DNA of 38,965 nucleotides from Pseudomonadota bacterium (GCA_039197405.1 JBCCUH010000001.1:1-38965); one strand, 5' to 3'; numbered from the stretch's first letter, positions 8,330 through 18,019 are shown. Notes: a model not told the origin generated them from the letters alone. Translations and numbers: made by a program.

Positions 8330-9129
8330 ACCACCTCCCCGTCGAGCAGCGCCCAGGGCAACACGATGCCCCGCGTGACAACCCCGGCCAGCGTCAGCGG
8401 GTTGGCGGGGTGCACGATGCCGTGCAGACCCGCCAGCGCGCCACGATGCGCACCACCGCCCCAGCGCGTACCCTGGAAGCAGGGCAGGGCGAAGTTCGCC
8501 ACGAACAACCCATCGGTGCGACAGCGCAGGCCCTCGGCGGTCAGGCTGTCATCGCGCGCCGCAAGCGACGCCTTGATCTGCGCGCCGAGGTGGTCGCGCA
8601 AATGCGCCAGTGCCGCACGACCCTCGGCCGGATCGGGGCTGGCAAGATCGGCCAGCGGGGGCAGGGGAGTGCGATCCCAGAGGCGTGCGGCCGCACGCGG
8701 TCCACGGGTCAGCCGCGCCTCACGCACGGCGCTCAGCACCAGCTCCGCCTCGCGCAGCGTCATGCCGAAGATTTCACCTTCGGCGCGCGGCTGGGCTGTC
8801 AGGCCCGGATGCTCATAGCGACCCGTGCGGCGGATCGCCGGCAGAACCTCGGCCGTGATCCATTTGCGGAAGCGCTTGGCCTGCTCTTTGCGGCTGGTGA
8901 GCACCAGCGCATAGAGACCGCTTTCGTTGATGACGTTGGTTTGGCGGTGGCTACCCTCGATAGTATCTAGGGTAACTTCGTCGTCATCGAGCCGTTTGAC
9001 AGCATCGGTGGCGTTTTGGATTTCCAGCACGCGGCAAACATCTGCGGCCACGAACCAGGGGTCACCGTCGCGCATCACCACGCGCACGGCCTGTTCTTCA
9101 AAATCAAATGGGATTACTTCGGCGCTCAT
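8326..9129 (-). CDS. ant: Bro-N antirepressor-like protein with C-terminal helicase-CTD-like domain
   Basis: PWFVAADVCRVLEI, INESGLYALVLTSRK, FRKWITAEVLPAIRRTGRY; RBS GAGGAGG before ATG 9129. Confidence 0.9.
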   Translation of the reverse strand: MSAEVIPFDFEEQAVRVVMRDGDPWFVAADVCRVLEIQNATDAVKRLDDDEVTLDTIEGSHRQTNVINESGLYALVLTSRKEQAKRFRKWITAEVLPAIRRTGRYEHPGLTAQPRAEGEIFGMTLREAELVLSAVREARLTRGPRAAARLWDRTPLPPLADLASPDPAEGRAALAHLRDHLGAQIKASLAARDDSLTAEGLRCRTDGLFVANFALPCFQGTRWGGGAHRGALAGLHGIVHPANPLTLAGVVTRGIVLPWALLDGEVV

Positions 9130-9178
9130 CAGGCAGCCCTCCTCAAGTTCAAGATGAACCCGGGGCCGTCGCCAAACG

Positions 9179-9257
9179 GGTGCCCGGGCAACAGCAGGTT
9201 GGCGAACCGGTCTTGAGGAACCGGCAGGGCCGAAGCCCTCCCACTGCGCCCGGACAT
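9179..9257 (-). ncRNA. c4: C4-type antisense RNA (P1 c4 / P4 CI family)
   Basis: Closing stem TGTCCGGGC/GCCCGGGCA; hairpin AGGGC-TTCG-GCCCT; loop CCTCAAG and bulge TCGCCAA complementary to flanking target pairs. Confidence 0.88.
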
Positions 9258-9317
9258 ACGAAAGCCGCACACAACGGCGCGGCTTAACAAGCGCCTCAAG
9301 ACTTTCAGGTCGCCAAA
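9258..9317 (-). promoter_or_regulatory. C4 upstream targets a1/b1 and attenuator hairpin
   Basis: TTTGGCGA (9310-9317), TCTTGAGG (9294-9301), then GCCGC-N10-GCGGC-TTTC. Confidence 0.75.
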
Positions 9318-9348
9318 CCCGACACGCCCTTTTGCGACGTGCAGCCAG

Positions 9349-9377
9349 AGATTGCCCGCAAGGACTGCAAATGTCAA
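9349..9377 (-). promoter_or_regulatory. Sigma70-like promoter of the c4-ant operon
   Basis: TTGACA-17 bp-CAATCT. Confidence 0.6.
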
Positions 9378-9407
9378 ATTCAAGCTGTTTTTGACTAGGG
9401 AACAAAG

Positions 9408-9782
9408 ATGTCTTTGAAACCGCTCGACTGGCCGGGAAGCGCCTTCAACCTTAGAATTGAAAGGGTGCCAAATTACTTTTTCGGGTACGGCCCTGTTTGC
9501 TACATCAAGCGACCAGACATCAAAAAGACACTGCCGACCGCCGCAGGCTATCACATTGCTAGCGTCCACGAGTTGTCGATCAGCGCCCAAACTTACTTCG
9601 ACAACCTTCAGCGTTGGACAGCCTTTCACGCGCAGCTTTGCGACGAATACTGCGACTACTACGTGATGCAACGCCCCAAACCAGGAAATGTGTTTGCCGA
9701 CCATGGGGATCGGCGCGGCCCACAAGAGCTGGCCAAAGCTTGCAAAGGATACATTGGCCCAAAGTGGTGGCCGAACACGTAG
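9408..9782 (+). CDS. Hypothetical moron protein, opposite strand to the late genes
   Basis: 124-aa ORF filling the gap, visibly lower GC, AGGGA before the ATG. Confidence 0.6.
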   Translation: MSLKPLDWPGSAFNLRIERVPNYFFGYGPVCYIKRPDIKKTLPTAAGYHIASVHELSISAQTYFDNLQRWTAFHAQLCDEYCDYYVMQRPKPGNVFADHGDRRGPQELAKACKGYIGPKWWPNT

Positions 9783-9790
9783 CAAAGCCA

Positions 9791-12064
9791 TCACGCACCC
9801 CCCCGTGATGTGCAGACATCGACGGCGGCCATCAGCGCGCTGTCGTCTTCGATGTCTTCCAGGAAGTCCGCCATGGTGATCTCCACGCCATTGGCGTCTT
9901 CAAAGGTCATCTGGCTTAGATCCACGCCCGCCTCGCGCAACGACAGCTCGGCATCCTCGATCTGGGCGCGCATATCGGCCAATGTGGCGTCATTGGCCGC
10001 GATCACCGCCGGATCTGTGGCGCCGCCCTCAAAAGCATCCAGCGCGCCTGCATTGGCGCCGGGCGCCAGATCGCTGACAGACCCATCGGCACTGGCCGCT
10101 TCAAACTCCGCGCGCAGATCATCCAACGGATCATCTTGATCCGGCAGCGCGCCGGCATTATCTTGATTGCGCAGCGGTGCGGAAGGGGATGAGCCTTCCG
10201 GCAATTCGCTGGCCCTCCCCATACTACGGTCAGTGCCCCGCTGCTTTTGATAAGCGGTCAGCAACCATTCGGGCCGCTTGTTCCCGCGCCACTCGCGGCT
10301 GATCACAAACACGTCCCGGTCACTGGCAAGCCGCACGCGATTGTCGCTTTCGCTGACAACTTCGGTGGCAGCCTCCAGCCGCCCCTGCAGATCGTCCAGC
10401 ACCTCGGGGTGCCTGTCGATGATCTTGGAAAGGCCATAGCCTTTGCCCCTGGCTCCTGTCTCACCCCAGACAAGGGAGACGGCGCCCAGATCGGGGTGCG
10501 TGAGCGCGCCGCGTGCCTCACCGTCCTGCAGGCCTTTCAGCGCCTGCACGGCACCGCGCCAGTCGTTTTCGAACTCCTGCAGGACCGGCCCAAACGGTGC
10601 GTCGTTCGGTGGGAGCGTCTGTCCATCCTGCGCCCGGGAGATCGAGGCCAGGTCCTGACTGAACGAGATATCGCCAAATTCGACGTTGAGATCGTCAACC
10701 TTGGCGGACAGGTGCACCGGGGGCACGTCATCGCCAACGGGACCACCCTGCAGCCGCACGCCAGCAGATCGCCCAACCGCATCCGGATTGATCGTGCCGA
10801 TCTCGCCGTCAAACGCCCGCTGCGCCCAGTTCAGGCGACTGTCCATATGCGGGATGCCCGGCCGCAGGAACACCCGGCTGAAAATCTGCGTGGCCTCCGC
10901 CGCGTTGCTGGCGCCGCGCAATTGCGCTAGCACTTTGCCCTCCGGCGTGTTGGTCAGCTCGTGGATCAGGAAATCTCGGTTCGCTTCGTAGCTGCGGGGA
11001 TCGACGCCGCGCTCAGCCGCCCAGGCCTCGAAGTCCCGACGGCGCGGCCCGGTCCATTGCGCATAGCCAAACCCTCCGCGCGATCCCGGCACCAGCGGCG
11101 CGATTTCCTGTAACGTGCGGAACCCTGCGGTTTCATGGGCGAGGTTTCCGACGATGCCTGCCACCTGGTGCGGCTCCAGCTCAAGCTGCTCCTGCAGGTC
11201 CGCCATCAGACGATCCGCGATAGGCGCATCGCTTGCGGCCGTGGCAGCAACCGGCGGCAGCCCGTCACGCAACTGCTCCTCCGCCGTCTCCACATCGCGC
11301 TCATAGTCGATGGGGCTTTGGTCCACGGGCCGCCCCTCCGCCAGCGCCGCGGCTTGCCCTCGGCGATGCTGCAGGTAGCGCGCAGCACCGATGGCACCGC
11401 CACCCAACAGCCCACCCGTGGCACCGGCCACACCGAGCTGCAGCAACACATTGGGATCTTCGATATCCAGCCGCTCCGCCATCCGGAACTGGCGTGGCAA
11501 CATCAGGGCTTCACCCGCCGCGCCGGCGGCGGCCTCAACGGCAATCACACGGGCCATGCTGCCCGCGCCTGCACCGAGGGGCAGGGTCAGTAGCGTAGCT
11601 TCATCCGTGACGCCGGAGGCCAGGCGACCCAAGGCCCGCGCCCCGATCCGATCACTCGGACCTGCTTCCGCAACGCCCAGCAAACCTTCGTATTCCTGAA
11701 CGAGACGGCGATTGACCTCAGCCCGAAAATCCTCTGGCGTCGTGGGTAGATCCGCAAAGCGTTCCGGATCCTCTGCAGCCAGCCATTCCGCGCGCTCCAG
11801 CACTTGTCGCTCGCGGGCATCCCGCGGACTGATTTGCTGAGCCGGCCGTCGCTGAGCATCGGGCTCCGGCATGTCCAGCGCGCCAACCACTGCGTTGATT
11901 TCGGCGAGCACTTCACCGCGAACGCGGTTGCTCTTCCCCCAAGCATCCTGCTCGATCTGGCTAGCCTTGTATTGTGCGCTGAACTGTTCACCATACGTCG
12001 GCACTGGTTGGTCCAGGGCGACGGGATCCGTTCGGGTGCCTGTCTCTTTCAACATGAAAGTCAC
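9791..12064 (-). CDS. Ejection protein with phage tail lysozyme and BECR (PBECR3-like) nuclease-fold domains
   Basis: AGIVGNLAHETAG...GFGYAQWTGPRR; VSLVWG...GYGLSKIIDRH...WLLTAY. Confidence 0.8.
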   Translation of the reverse strand: MTFMLKETGTRTDPVALDQPVPTYGEQFSAQYKASQIEQDAWGKSNRVRGEVLAEINAVVGALDMPEPDAQRRPAQQISPRDARERQVLERAEWLAAEDPERFADLPTTPEDFRAEVNRRLVQEYEGLLGVAEAGPSDRIGARALGRLASGVTDEATLLTLPLGAGAGSMARVIAVEAAAGAAGEALMLPRQFRMAERLDIEDPNVLLQLGVAGATGGLLGGGAIGAARYLQHRRGQAAALAEGRPVDQSPIDYERDVETAEEQLRDGLPPVAATAASDAPIADRLMADLQEQLELEPHQVAGIVGNLAHETAGFRTLQEIAPLVPGSRGGFGYAQWTGPRRRDFEAWAAERGVDPRSYEANRDFLIHELTNTPEGKVLAQLRGASNAAEATQIFSRVFLRPGIPHMDSRLNWAQRAFDGEIGTINPDAVGRSAGVRLQGGPVGDDVPPVHLSAKVDDLNVEFGDISFSQDLASISRAQDGQTLPPNDAPFGPVLQEFENDWRGAVQALKGLQDGEARGALTHPDLGAVSLVWGETGARGKGYGLSKIIDRHPEVLDDLQGRLEAATEVVSESDNRVRLASDRDVFVISREWRGNKRPEWLLTAYQKQRGTDRSMGRASELPEGSSPSAPLRNQDNAGALPDQDDPLDDLRAEFEAASADGSVSDLAPGANAGALDAFEGGATDPAVIAANDATLADMRAQIEDAELSLREAGVDLSQMTFEDANGVEITMADFLEDIEDDSALMAAVDVCTSRGGA

Positions 12065-14169
12065 TGGCGCACCTCCCGGATCAGGGCGCGCAGGCTGAAC
12101 TCATAGGTTTCGCCGTCCTCGGTCGCTAACGTGCGCTGCGTGTCGTCACTCACACGGTAGGTAAAAATAAATCTGTCATTGCCCACGGCCTGCAGGGTCA
12201 GATTTTCCGCCGTTTGAGCATCCAGAGGCATCCCGCCCACGACCGGCGGCTTGCCATTTGCACTCACCGCCGTCAGCTGCGCACTGAGCATTTCCGGATC
12301 GAAGTCATGGCCAATACCAGCATAGGGGTTGTTTGGCTTCGCCGTGCGTTTGCGTTTGCCCAGGAATTCCAGGGCGCCTTCAGCTTCTCGCGCGGAAACC
12401 CCCATAGGCAGGATCGTCAGGGTGTCACGGACCTCCTGCACACCGCCGGTCGCGGTCCTGCTGTTGTGCTGACCTTCACCCCCCATCACCTCATGCAGCG
12501 CTTGCATGTATTGGTCTTCGTCCAAAGCATCGCTGGCCGCCACGCCGCGCGCACGCGCTGCATAAAGGGCGTCAGTTGCAGCCATGACATTGGACTGCAT
12601 CTGATCGCCACCCGGCAGATCCGCAAAGATCGCCCCTAAGCCTTCATAGAGCGGATCCAGGCGTTTCTGCTGGCCAGGCAGGACCAGACTGTTGTTTTCG
12701 ATCACCTGCTGTCCGCGCAGGATGTCCAGCCCGAGAGCGCGCGCGCCACCGTTGGTCACGAGACTGCCAACATGGGAAAAGACAGGATCGCCGATCAGTT
12801 CTGCGATTGCATCCGCATTTTGCGGTGGCAATGCACGTGTCAGCTGCTCGGCCAGCGCAAGTCGCGCTCCGGGATCCTGATCGATCGCAGCAGCGGCTTT
12901 GATCGCTTGGCGTTCCTCGTTGGTGAGGATCCGGCGTTCGGTTGTGTACCCTTCGACACGCATTTGCTCGCCGAAGGCGACGCGGGCGCCCAGAGCACGC
13001 CCGAAGGCCACCGGGTCGCCTGGGTCAAACTCTGGCAGAGATGGCACAGGAAGGCCCACATTTGCGGCATACGCCACGGGGTCGGTGCTGAGGCCATCAA
13101 CTGCCCTTTCGCGGATGGCCTGCAATACTTCCAGGCGCTCGGTCTGGAACTTCTTTGTAACCTTCTGACCACGCTCCGCGGCGATAAGCTGATCCAGCTC
13201 AGCTGGCGCCAGCTGTGCCAACAGAGGCGTTTCATTACGCAGATCAATCGCGGCCTGCGCCTTTGCATAGTCAGGATGGGCTTTCACTTCCGCGCTAGCC
13301 AGCCAGGCTTCATCAACGGCGACCCGGCCTTTGCCGGCGATGTCGATGATCTCGCCAAGACGGTCGCCGATGGCCTTGTTGCGCTCTTTTGCCAGGCGGT
13401 CAGTCTCGGCTGCCGCCGCCTTTTCTTGCGCTGCAATCGCCGCATTGGCCTGCACGCGGTAGCGCGCCTGTGCTTCGCCTGGCAGGCCCGGCAGATCACC
13501 ATTGTCCAATGCAGCTATCAGTCCTGCCGGATCCTCGGCTGCCATGGAAATCGCGGCGGCGTTGTCGAGGTCCTGGGCAAGCGCAGCTTTGCGTCGCGCA
13601 CCTTCTTCCGGCGAAATGATCGAAGCCTTAACCATGTCGTCGATCTGTGCCGCGCCATTGATCAACAGCCCCTCGCGGGTCGCCTTGTCAGCGCCCTGTG
13701 CCGCCTGCGTGGCTACAGATGCATACTCGAAGTATGTTGCGGCCCGCTGACTGTTGCGCTTACCCAGGGATTTCAGGCCGATCTGAAACCCGTGCCGGTT
13801 GGCCAGATCGTCGATCGCCAACCCGAAAGTTTGGCGGTTTTGCCGGCTGACCAGCGCTGAGCCGTCGTCCCCTTCAGCTCCTAGATACTTGTCGCGAACG
13901 GACTGGACGCCAGCGGCCCATTCCGTGTCAATCTGATCCGGATCGCCAAGTTGTTCCATGCGCAGACGCAGATCGTTCAGATCCTTGGTCAGCGATACCT
14001 GGTTGCGCGCGTTCTCGCGCGAAAGCCGGTCAGCCTCCAGCCGCGTGCCCATTTGCAGCATGGCGTCGCCAACGGCGGCAACGGCGGCGCTGGCACCATC
14101 CGGTTCAGTGGCCTGGGTCTGTGCCGCACGGCCCGGTCTTATGCCCGCCCGGGGGATCGTCAGCGTCAT
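12061..14169 (-). CDS. Internal virion (ejection) protein
   Basis: 702-aa Ala-rich helical protein in the gp14-gp16 syntenic position. Confidence 0.75.
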   Translation of the reverse strand: MTLTIPRAGIRPGRAAQTQATEPDGASAAVAAVGDAMLQMGTRLEADRLSRENARNQVSLTKDLNDLRLRMEQLGDPDQIDTEWAAGVQSVRDKYLGAEGDDGSALVSRQNRQTFGLAIDDLANRHGFQIGLKSLGKRNSQRAATYFEYASVATQAAQGADKATREGLLINGAAQIDDMVKASIISPEEGARRKAALAQDLDNAAAISMAAEDPAGLIAALDNGDLPGLPGEAQARYRVQANAAIAAQEKAAAAETDRLAKERNKAIGDRLGEIIDIAGKGRVAVDEAWLASAEVKAHPDYAKAQAAIDLRNETPLLAQLAPAELDQLIAAERGQKVTKKFQTERLEVLQAIRERAVDGLSTDPVAYAANVGLPVPSLPEFDPGDPVAFGRALGARVAFGEQMRVEGYTTERRILTNEERQAIKAAAAIDQDPGARLALAEQLTRALPPQNADAIAELIGDPVFSHVGSLVTNGGARALGLDILRGQQVIENNSLVLPGQQKRLDPLYEGLGAIFADLPGGDQMQSNVMAATDALYAARARGVAASDALDEDQYMQALHEVMGGEGQHNSRTATGGVQEVRDTLTILPMGVSAREAEGALEFLGKRKRTAKPNNPYAGIGHDFDPEMLSAQLTAVSANGKPPVVGGMPLDAQTAENLTLQAVGNDRFIFTYRVSDDTQRTLATEDGETYEFSLRALIREVRQ

Positions 14170-14702
14170 GGCAGAAGATCCGGCCAGACCTGGGGTGCCG
14201 CCGTCAGCGTAGTGCGTGCTGCCGATGCGTACCCCGTCAACAGGTTCCGGCGCCCGCGGGCCTTTGTGGCGCGCGCGGAAGCGCTCAATTCTTGATCTGT
14301 GGCCTCACCCGTAGAGCGGATGGATTGTGACTGGAAAGACAGCTCTTGCGCCGCGGTCTGGCCCAGAAGGATGGCAGTGGGACTGTCGGGTGTTACACCG
14401 CGGGCCGTCAACTCGGCCCGCTGTGTCGCAATCTCACTGGCCATCAGCATGCGTGCGCGATCATCCTCCGCCGCATTGATGCGCCGTTCAACAGCGCGCT
14501 GAGCCTCGATGTCTGCCGCGGTTTGCTGCGCTGCCTGATTGGCATCAATGCCTTGCGCGATCGAGCCGCCGACGGATAGGAGCAGGCCTGCGGTCTGCAG
14601 AAACTTCGTGGCAGTCACAGCACCAGCTGCTGCACCCGTCGCTGCCGTAGCCCCGCCAGCAGCGCCGGCCGTCGCCAACAATCCTGTGACCAGCTCACAC
14701 AT
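14166..14702 (-). CDS. Small internal virion protein (T7 gp14-like)
   Basis: MCE start, Ala/Gly-rich hydrophobic N-terminus, ARGVTPDSPT motif; follows the nozzle gene. Confidence 0.75.
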   Translation of the reverse strand: MCELVTGLLATAGAAGGATAATGAAAGAVTATKFLQTAGLLLSVGGSIAQGIDANQAAQQTAADIEAQRAVERRINAAEDDRARMLMASEIATQRAELTARGVTPDSPTAILLGQTAAQELSFQSQSIRSTGEATDQELSASARATKARGRRNLLTGYASAARTTLTAAPQVWPDLLP

Positions 14703-16921
14703 CAGGGCCCGCTTTCTTCGACGTTGGGGGTCACGGACAGGATCGTCATGGGAGCACCACCCACGGGGTAGAAGCGCAGGGAAACACGGTCTGCATACCC
14801 TGTTGCGGCTTCGCTGCTCGTCATCCCTGAAACGGCAGACGTCAGATCTGCAGCAACCCGTTCGGGCAGCAATGACACCCGCCCGGTTTCGATCACATCA
14901 CTGTCTTCGGTGTGATACTCAACGGCGGTGACAAGCCCAGCTGCGGTGCGGTGCACCGCGATGCCGCTGCCGGCATGCAGACGGCGCTTGCGCCCTTCGG
15001 AGGATCCGTTTTCAGTTGCAGCCTGCACGTCCAGCGTTTCGACGAAATGCGTTTCATCCAACAGGCCAATGATGGCTTTTGTGCACGCGATCGGCAGAAC
15101 GACCTCGCCGCCAGGCCCTGCGGTGATCGGCCCGTGGCGGCCCACATTCGTCCAGGCGTATACCTCCTCGCCCTCAAGATGCGGCACCGCAAAGGTGTCG
15201 GACGCGACCTCAAGATCGAACATCAGGGAACAGAACAGATGGTTCGCGTTCTCGATCTGTGGCGCGCCGGGCAGGGCGCCGAACAGGACGTCCTGGTCTT
15301 CGACGCAGTAGGTCGGTACACCATTAATCTCGCGTTCCACGATCATCGTCAGGACGTCGCGCTTGCCATCTTCGTTTGGCGTCGTCGTGATCGAATGGAC
15401 AAATCCGCTGGCTACAGAGTACTGCGCCCACCCCAGCACATCCTCATTGGGATCGTAGATCATGGTCGCCAGCTCGCCATTGCCCCGGCGCAGATAGCCC
15501 GTGCGCAACGGCGCGCTTTGCCATGCCATTTCCAGAAAGCCCTGATCGCCCAGGTGCTGTGCGGGCAGGGATAGCTCCAAAGGCACGCCGCCGTCTTCTT
15601 CGAAGGAATAGCGGATTTCCTGCACCCGGCCCTCGTCCTTCGTGGTCAGGATCGGGTAGCCGTACGGCACGATGGGCTGCGCTTCGCCCGCGCCGTCCGT
15701 GGCTTCCAGATCCGTGTCAAAGGTGGTGGGTCCGATCCGCTGACCGCTGTCGTTGGAAAAGCCACGATAGATGTCCCCCAGCGCGCCGATATAGAGGCCG
15801 CGACGGGCCTTTTTCAGCCAGGTGATCTTGTTCTGCGTTTCCCCGCCGTCGATCGCATAGGCAAAGGATCCATCGGCCTCGATGCTGGGCTCGAAGTCCT
15901 CCAGCAGACCCAGTGTCGAAATCCAGACGGTCCGGGGTTCTTCTGGTGTTCCTGCCGCTGCAAAGCTTTGCTCGAAAAGCTCGATTGCCGCGGGATAGCC
16001 GTAACGATCGCTCCAGGCCCCCTCCGACCAGCGATAACTCGGATCGTCAACGCAGGGTTTCGGGATGGCTGTGATCACCTCCGCCGTCGCCGTGTTGGCA
16101 TCGGACACGGCTGTGATGCGCGCGATGCCGGTTGTTTTGCCGATGTACTCGTATTGCACGTTCTGGCTTTTGTCGGTCAGCCGCGTGCCTTCGGTGTGCA
16201 CGGGCGTGTTGACACCAGTGTTGCTGCCGGCTGCGACACGATAGATCTTGCCGTCCGTGACAAAGAAATCGTTGACGGCCGTGGTCGTATTCCCGGTCCA
16301 TTGCGCCACGCTCGAATAGTCTGTGGGCGCGATCTGCACCAGGCCGCCCACCCAAGCTGCATCGAAGATGTCGCCGGTTGCCGTGATCGTCACAGTCCCG
16401 GTCATTGCCGAAAACTGCATGGTTTTGGTTTCGTCGAGGTTTTGAACCCGGAACGGACCGCTTTTGTAATCGACCGGCGCAATCGTCCAGTTATCCAGCG
16501 CGAAACGCGACAACTTGTGGATGGGCTGCTCGCCGTCTGCCAGGTAGATCACATCCTTGACCTGCAGAAAGCGCAGCTTGCGGATCTGGTCGAGGCTGTA
16601 GGGAATGGCTAGCTCGAAAGGAGCGCCGCCATCCATGACCAATGCGCCATAGCGCCAGACACGCATCCAGCCGGCAGTAAATTCCAGCCGCAGGGCATCG
16701 TTGCGGGCAAACTCAAACCGAATGACCCGGCCGGGCTGATTGCCACGAGTGGTCGCGCGAAAAATGGTGCCCGGCGCCCGCGTGAAGCCGCCTTGGCGCA
16801 GTGGCACGAAACCGCGACACACTGCCAGGCCCGTTTGAAACCGTTGATAGTCTGACCGCTCGTAAAGCAGCTCGTCGATTTCCCCGCTGCTGAAGGCTGC
16901 CTGTGACGGAGTGGTGCGCAT
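14702..16921 (-). CDS. Tail tubular protein B / nozzle
   Basis: QAAFSSGEI, GGFTRAPGT, LEFTAGWMRVW, WSEGAWS-x2-YGYP motifs; TGATG start. Confidence 0.9.
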   Translation of the reverse strand: MRTTPSQAAFSSGEIDELLYERSDYQRFQTGLAVCRGFVPLRQGGFTRAPGTIFRATTRGNQPGRVIRFEFARNDALRLEFTAGWMRVWRYGALVMDGGAPFELAIPYSLDQIRKLRFLQVKDVIYLADGEQPIHKLSRFALDNWTIAPVDYKSGPFRVQNLDETKTMQFSAMTGTVTITATGDIFDAAWVGGLVQIAPTDYSSVAQWTGNTTTAVNDFFVTDGKIYRVAAGSNTGVNTPVHTEGTRLTDKSQNVQYEYIGKTTGIARITAVSDANTATAEVITAIPKPCVDDPSYRWSEGAWSDRYGYPAAIELFEQSFAAAGTPEEPRTVWISTLGLLEDFEPSIEADGSFAYAIDGGETQNKITWLKKARRGLYIGALGDIYRGFSNDSGQRIGPTTFDTDLEATDGAGEAQPIVPYGYPILTTKDEGRVQEIRYSFEEDGGVPLELSLPAQHLGDQGFLEMAWQSAPLRTGYLRRGNGELATMIYDPNEDVLGWAQYSVASGFVHSITTTPNEDGKRDVLTMIVEREINGVPTYCVEDQDVLFGALPGAPQIENANHLFCSLMFDLEVASDTFAVPHLEGEEVYAWTNVGRHGPITAGPGGEVVLPIACTKAIIGLLDETHFVETLDVQAATENGSSEGRKRRLHAGSGIAVHRTAAGLVTAVEYHTEDSDVIETGRVSLLPERVAADLTSAVSGMTSSEAATGYADRVSLRFYPVGGAPMTILSVTPNVEESGP

Positions 16922-17520
16922 CAGCGAATTGCCTCCTGCGCCCAATCAACAAAGTGATCATCGCCGTCATACCGTTTTTCGGATGCGGTGTGGCCATCGG
17001 TGCGTTTGGCCATGTCGAAAGCCCCGGCCATGTCCTCTTTCAGCTGCGCCCGCTTGGTCCGGCTGGAGACATATGTCGGAGCAAGACGCACCGCCAGCTC
17101 GTATGATACAAGCGTTTGAAACAGCGCAGGCAGAAGCGCCTCGTTGTTCACTCGATAGGTGTAACGGATGGTCAGCGCGTCGGTCACACTTGCGAAAATG
17201 CGCAACCCGTCCAGCCGCCAGCTCACGTCCTCGGGCACCGTGCTGCGGATCTTCACCATGTCGCCGGGAATGCTGAACTGGCCCGGCAGCTGCGGATCGT
17301 CATACTCGATCGACCCTTCGGCAATCGGCGGCAGGGTCGCGTGTTTGCGCGCGAACGACCAATCGTAAAGCTCCAGGCAAAGGCCCAGGGCGAGCGGGTA
17401 TTGCTCTTTTGCCGCCGCAGCTTTGGGGCTGTCGTCTTGAAAAGAACTCGGGGGCGACAATTCCATGAAGCGGAACGCCTGCGCCGCAATGCTTGATGCT
17501 GCGATGCTGATGTCCGTCAT
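16921..17520 (-). CDS. Tail tubular protein A / adaptor
   Basis: DWSFARK and F-x3-VSYELAVRLA motifs; synteny. Confidence 0.88.
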   Translation of the reverse strand: MTDISIAASSIAAQAFRFMELSPPSSFQDDSPKAAAAKEQYPLALGLCLELYDWSFARKHATLPPIAEGSIEYDDPQLPGQFSIPGDMVKIRSTVPEDVSWRLDGLRIFASVTDALTIRYTYRVNNEALLPALFQTLVSYELAVRLAPTYVSSRTKRAQLKEDMAGAFDMAKRTDGHTASEKRYDGDDHFVDWAQEAIR

Positions 17521-17560
17521 GCCTGCCGCCCCCTCTCTCCAGGGTTATCCCTGTGTTCGA

Positions 17561-18019
17561 TCAGTGGGTCAGATACGCGATCTGGAACGGCATGGTGCCG
17601 GCGGCCGTTGCGTCCGCTTCCGCGTGTACCCAGAGCGCGATGGTACCGCCCGGATCAGATGCGAGCCCCAGGATCTCCCACAGCTCCAGGCCGTGGTTGG
17701 CGTCACCCTGGGCAAAGGGGTTCTGCACCGTGGCCGCACTGCGCAGCACGTCCAGCACCGCGTCGGTGTCGCTCTCGGTGCCGATGACCACCTGCGCAAA
17801 GCCCCAATTCTCCACGTCAAAAAACGTGTCAGGCAGCATGAGGCAGTTGGACGGAAGATCGACCAGCTTGTACTTCGAGCCGTTGCTGTCGTCGGCCGCG
17901 TTCGAAACGCTGTCCGTGGCGTAAACGGGGCGGCCGCGCAGTCTGTGCGGATCCGCCTGCACATAGTTTTCGTCCGATGGCACCATGGCCAGGTTAGACT
18001 TTCCAGAAACGATTGCCAT
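17561..18019 (-). CDS. Minor capsid / cement protein
   Basis: About 150-aa beta-rich protein directly after the major capsid gene; RBS AAGGG. Confidence 0.65.
   Translation of the reverse strand: MAIVSGKSNLAMVPSDENYVQADPHRLRGRPVYATDSVSNAADDSNGSKYKLVDLPSNCLMLPDTFFDVENWGFAQVVIGTESDTDAVLDVLRSAATVQNPFAQGDANHGLELWEILGLASDPGGTIALWVHAEADATAAGTMPFQIAYLTH

Noticed and set aside
9130-9405. N-terminal extensions in the ORF track (ant, capsid, terL, cI and others)
   Set aside because: They run through RNA structures or neighbouring genes; better RBS-supported or overlap-coupled starts lie downstream
9330-9410. Alphaproteobacterial SOS box at the ant promoter
   Set aside because: No GTTC-N7-GTTC or GAAC-N7-GAAC match found
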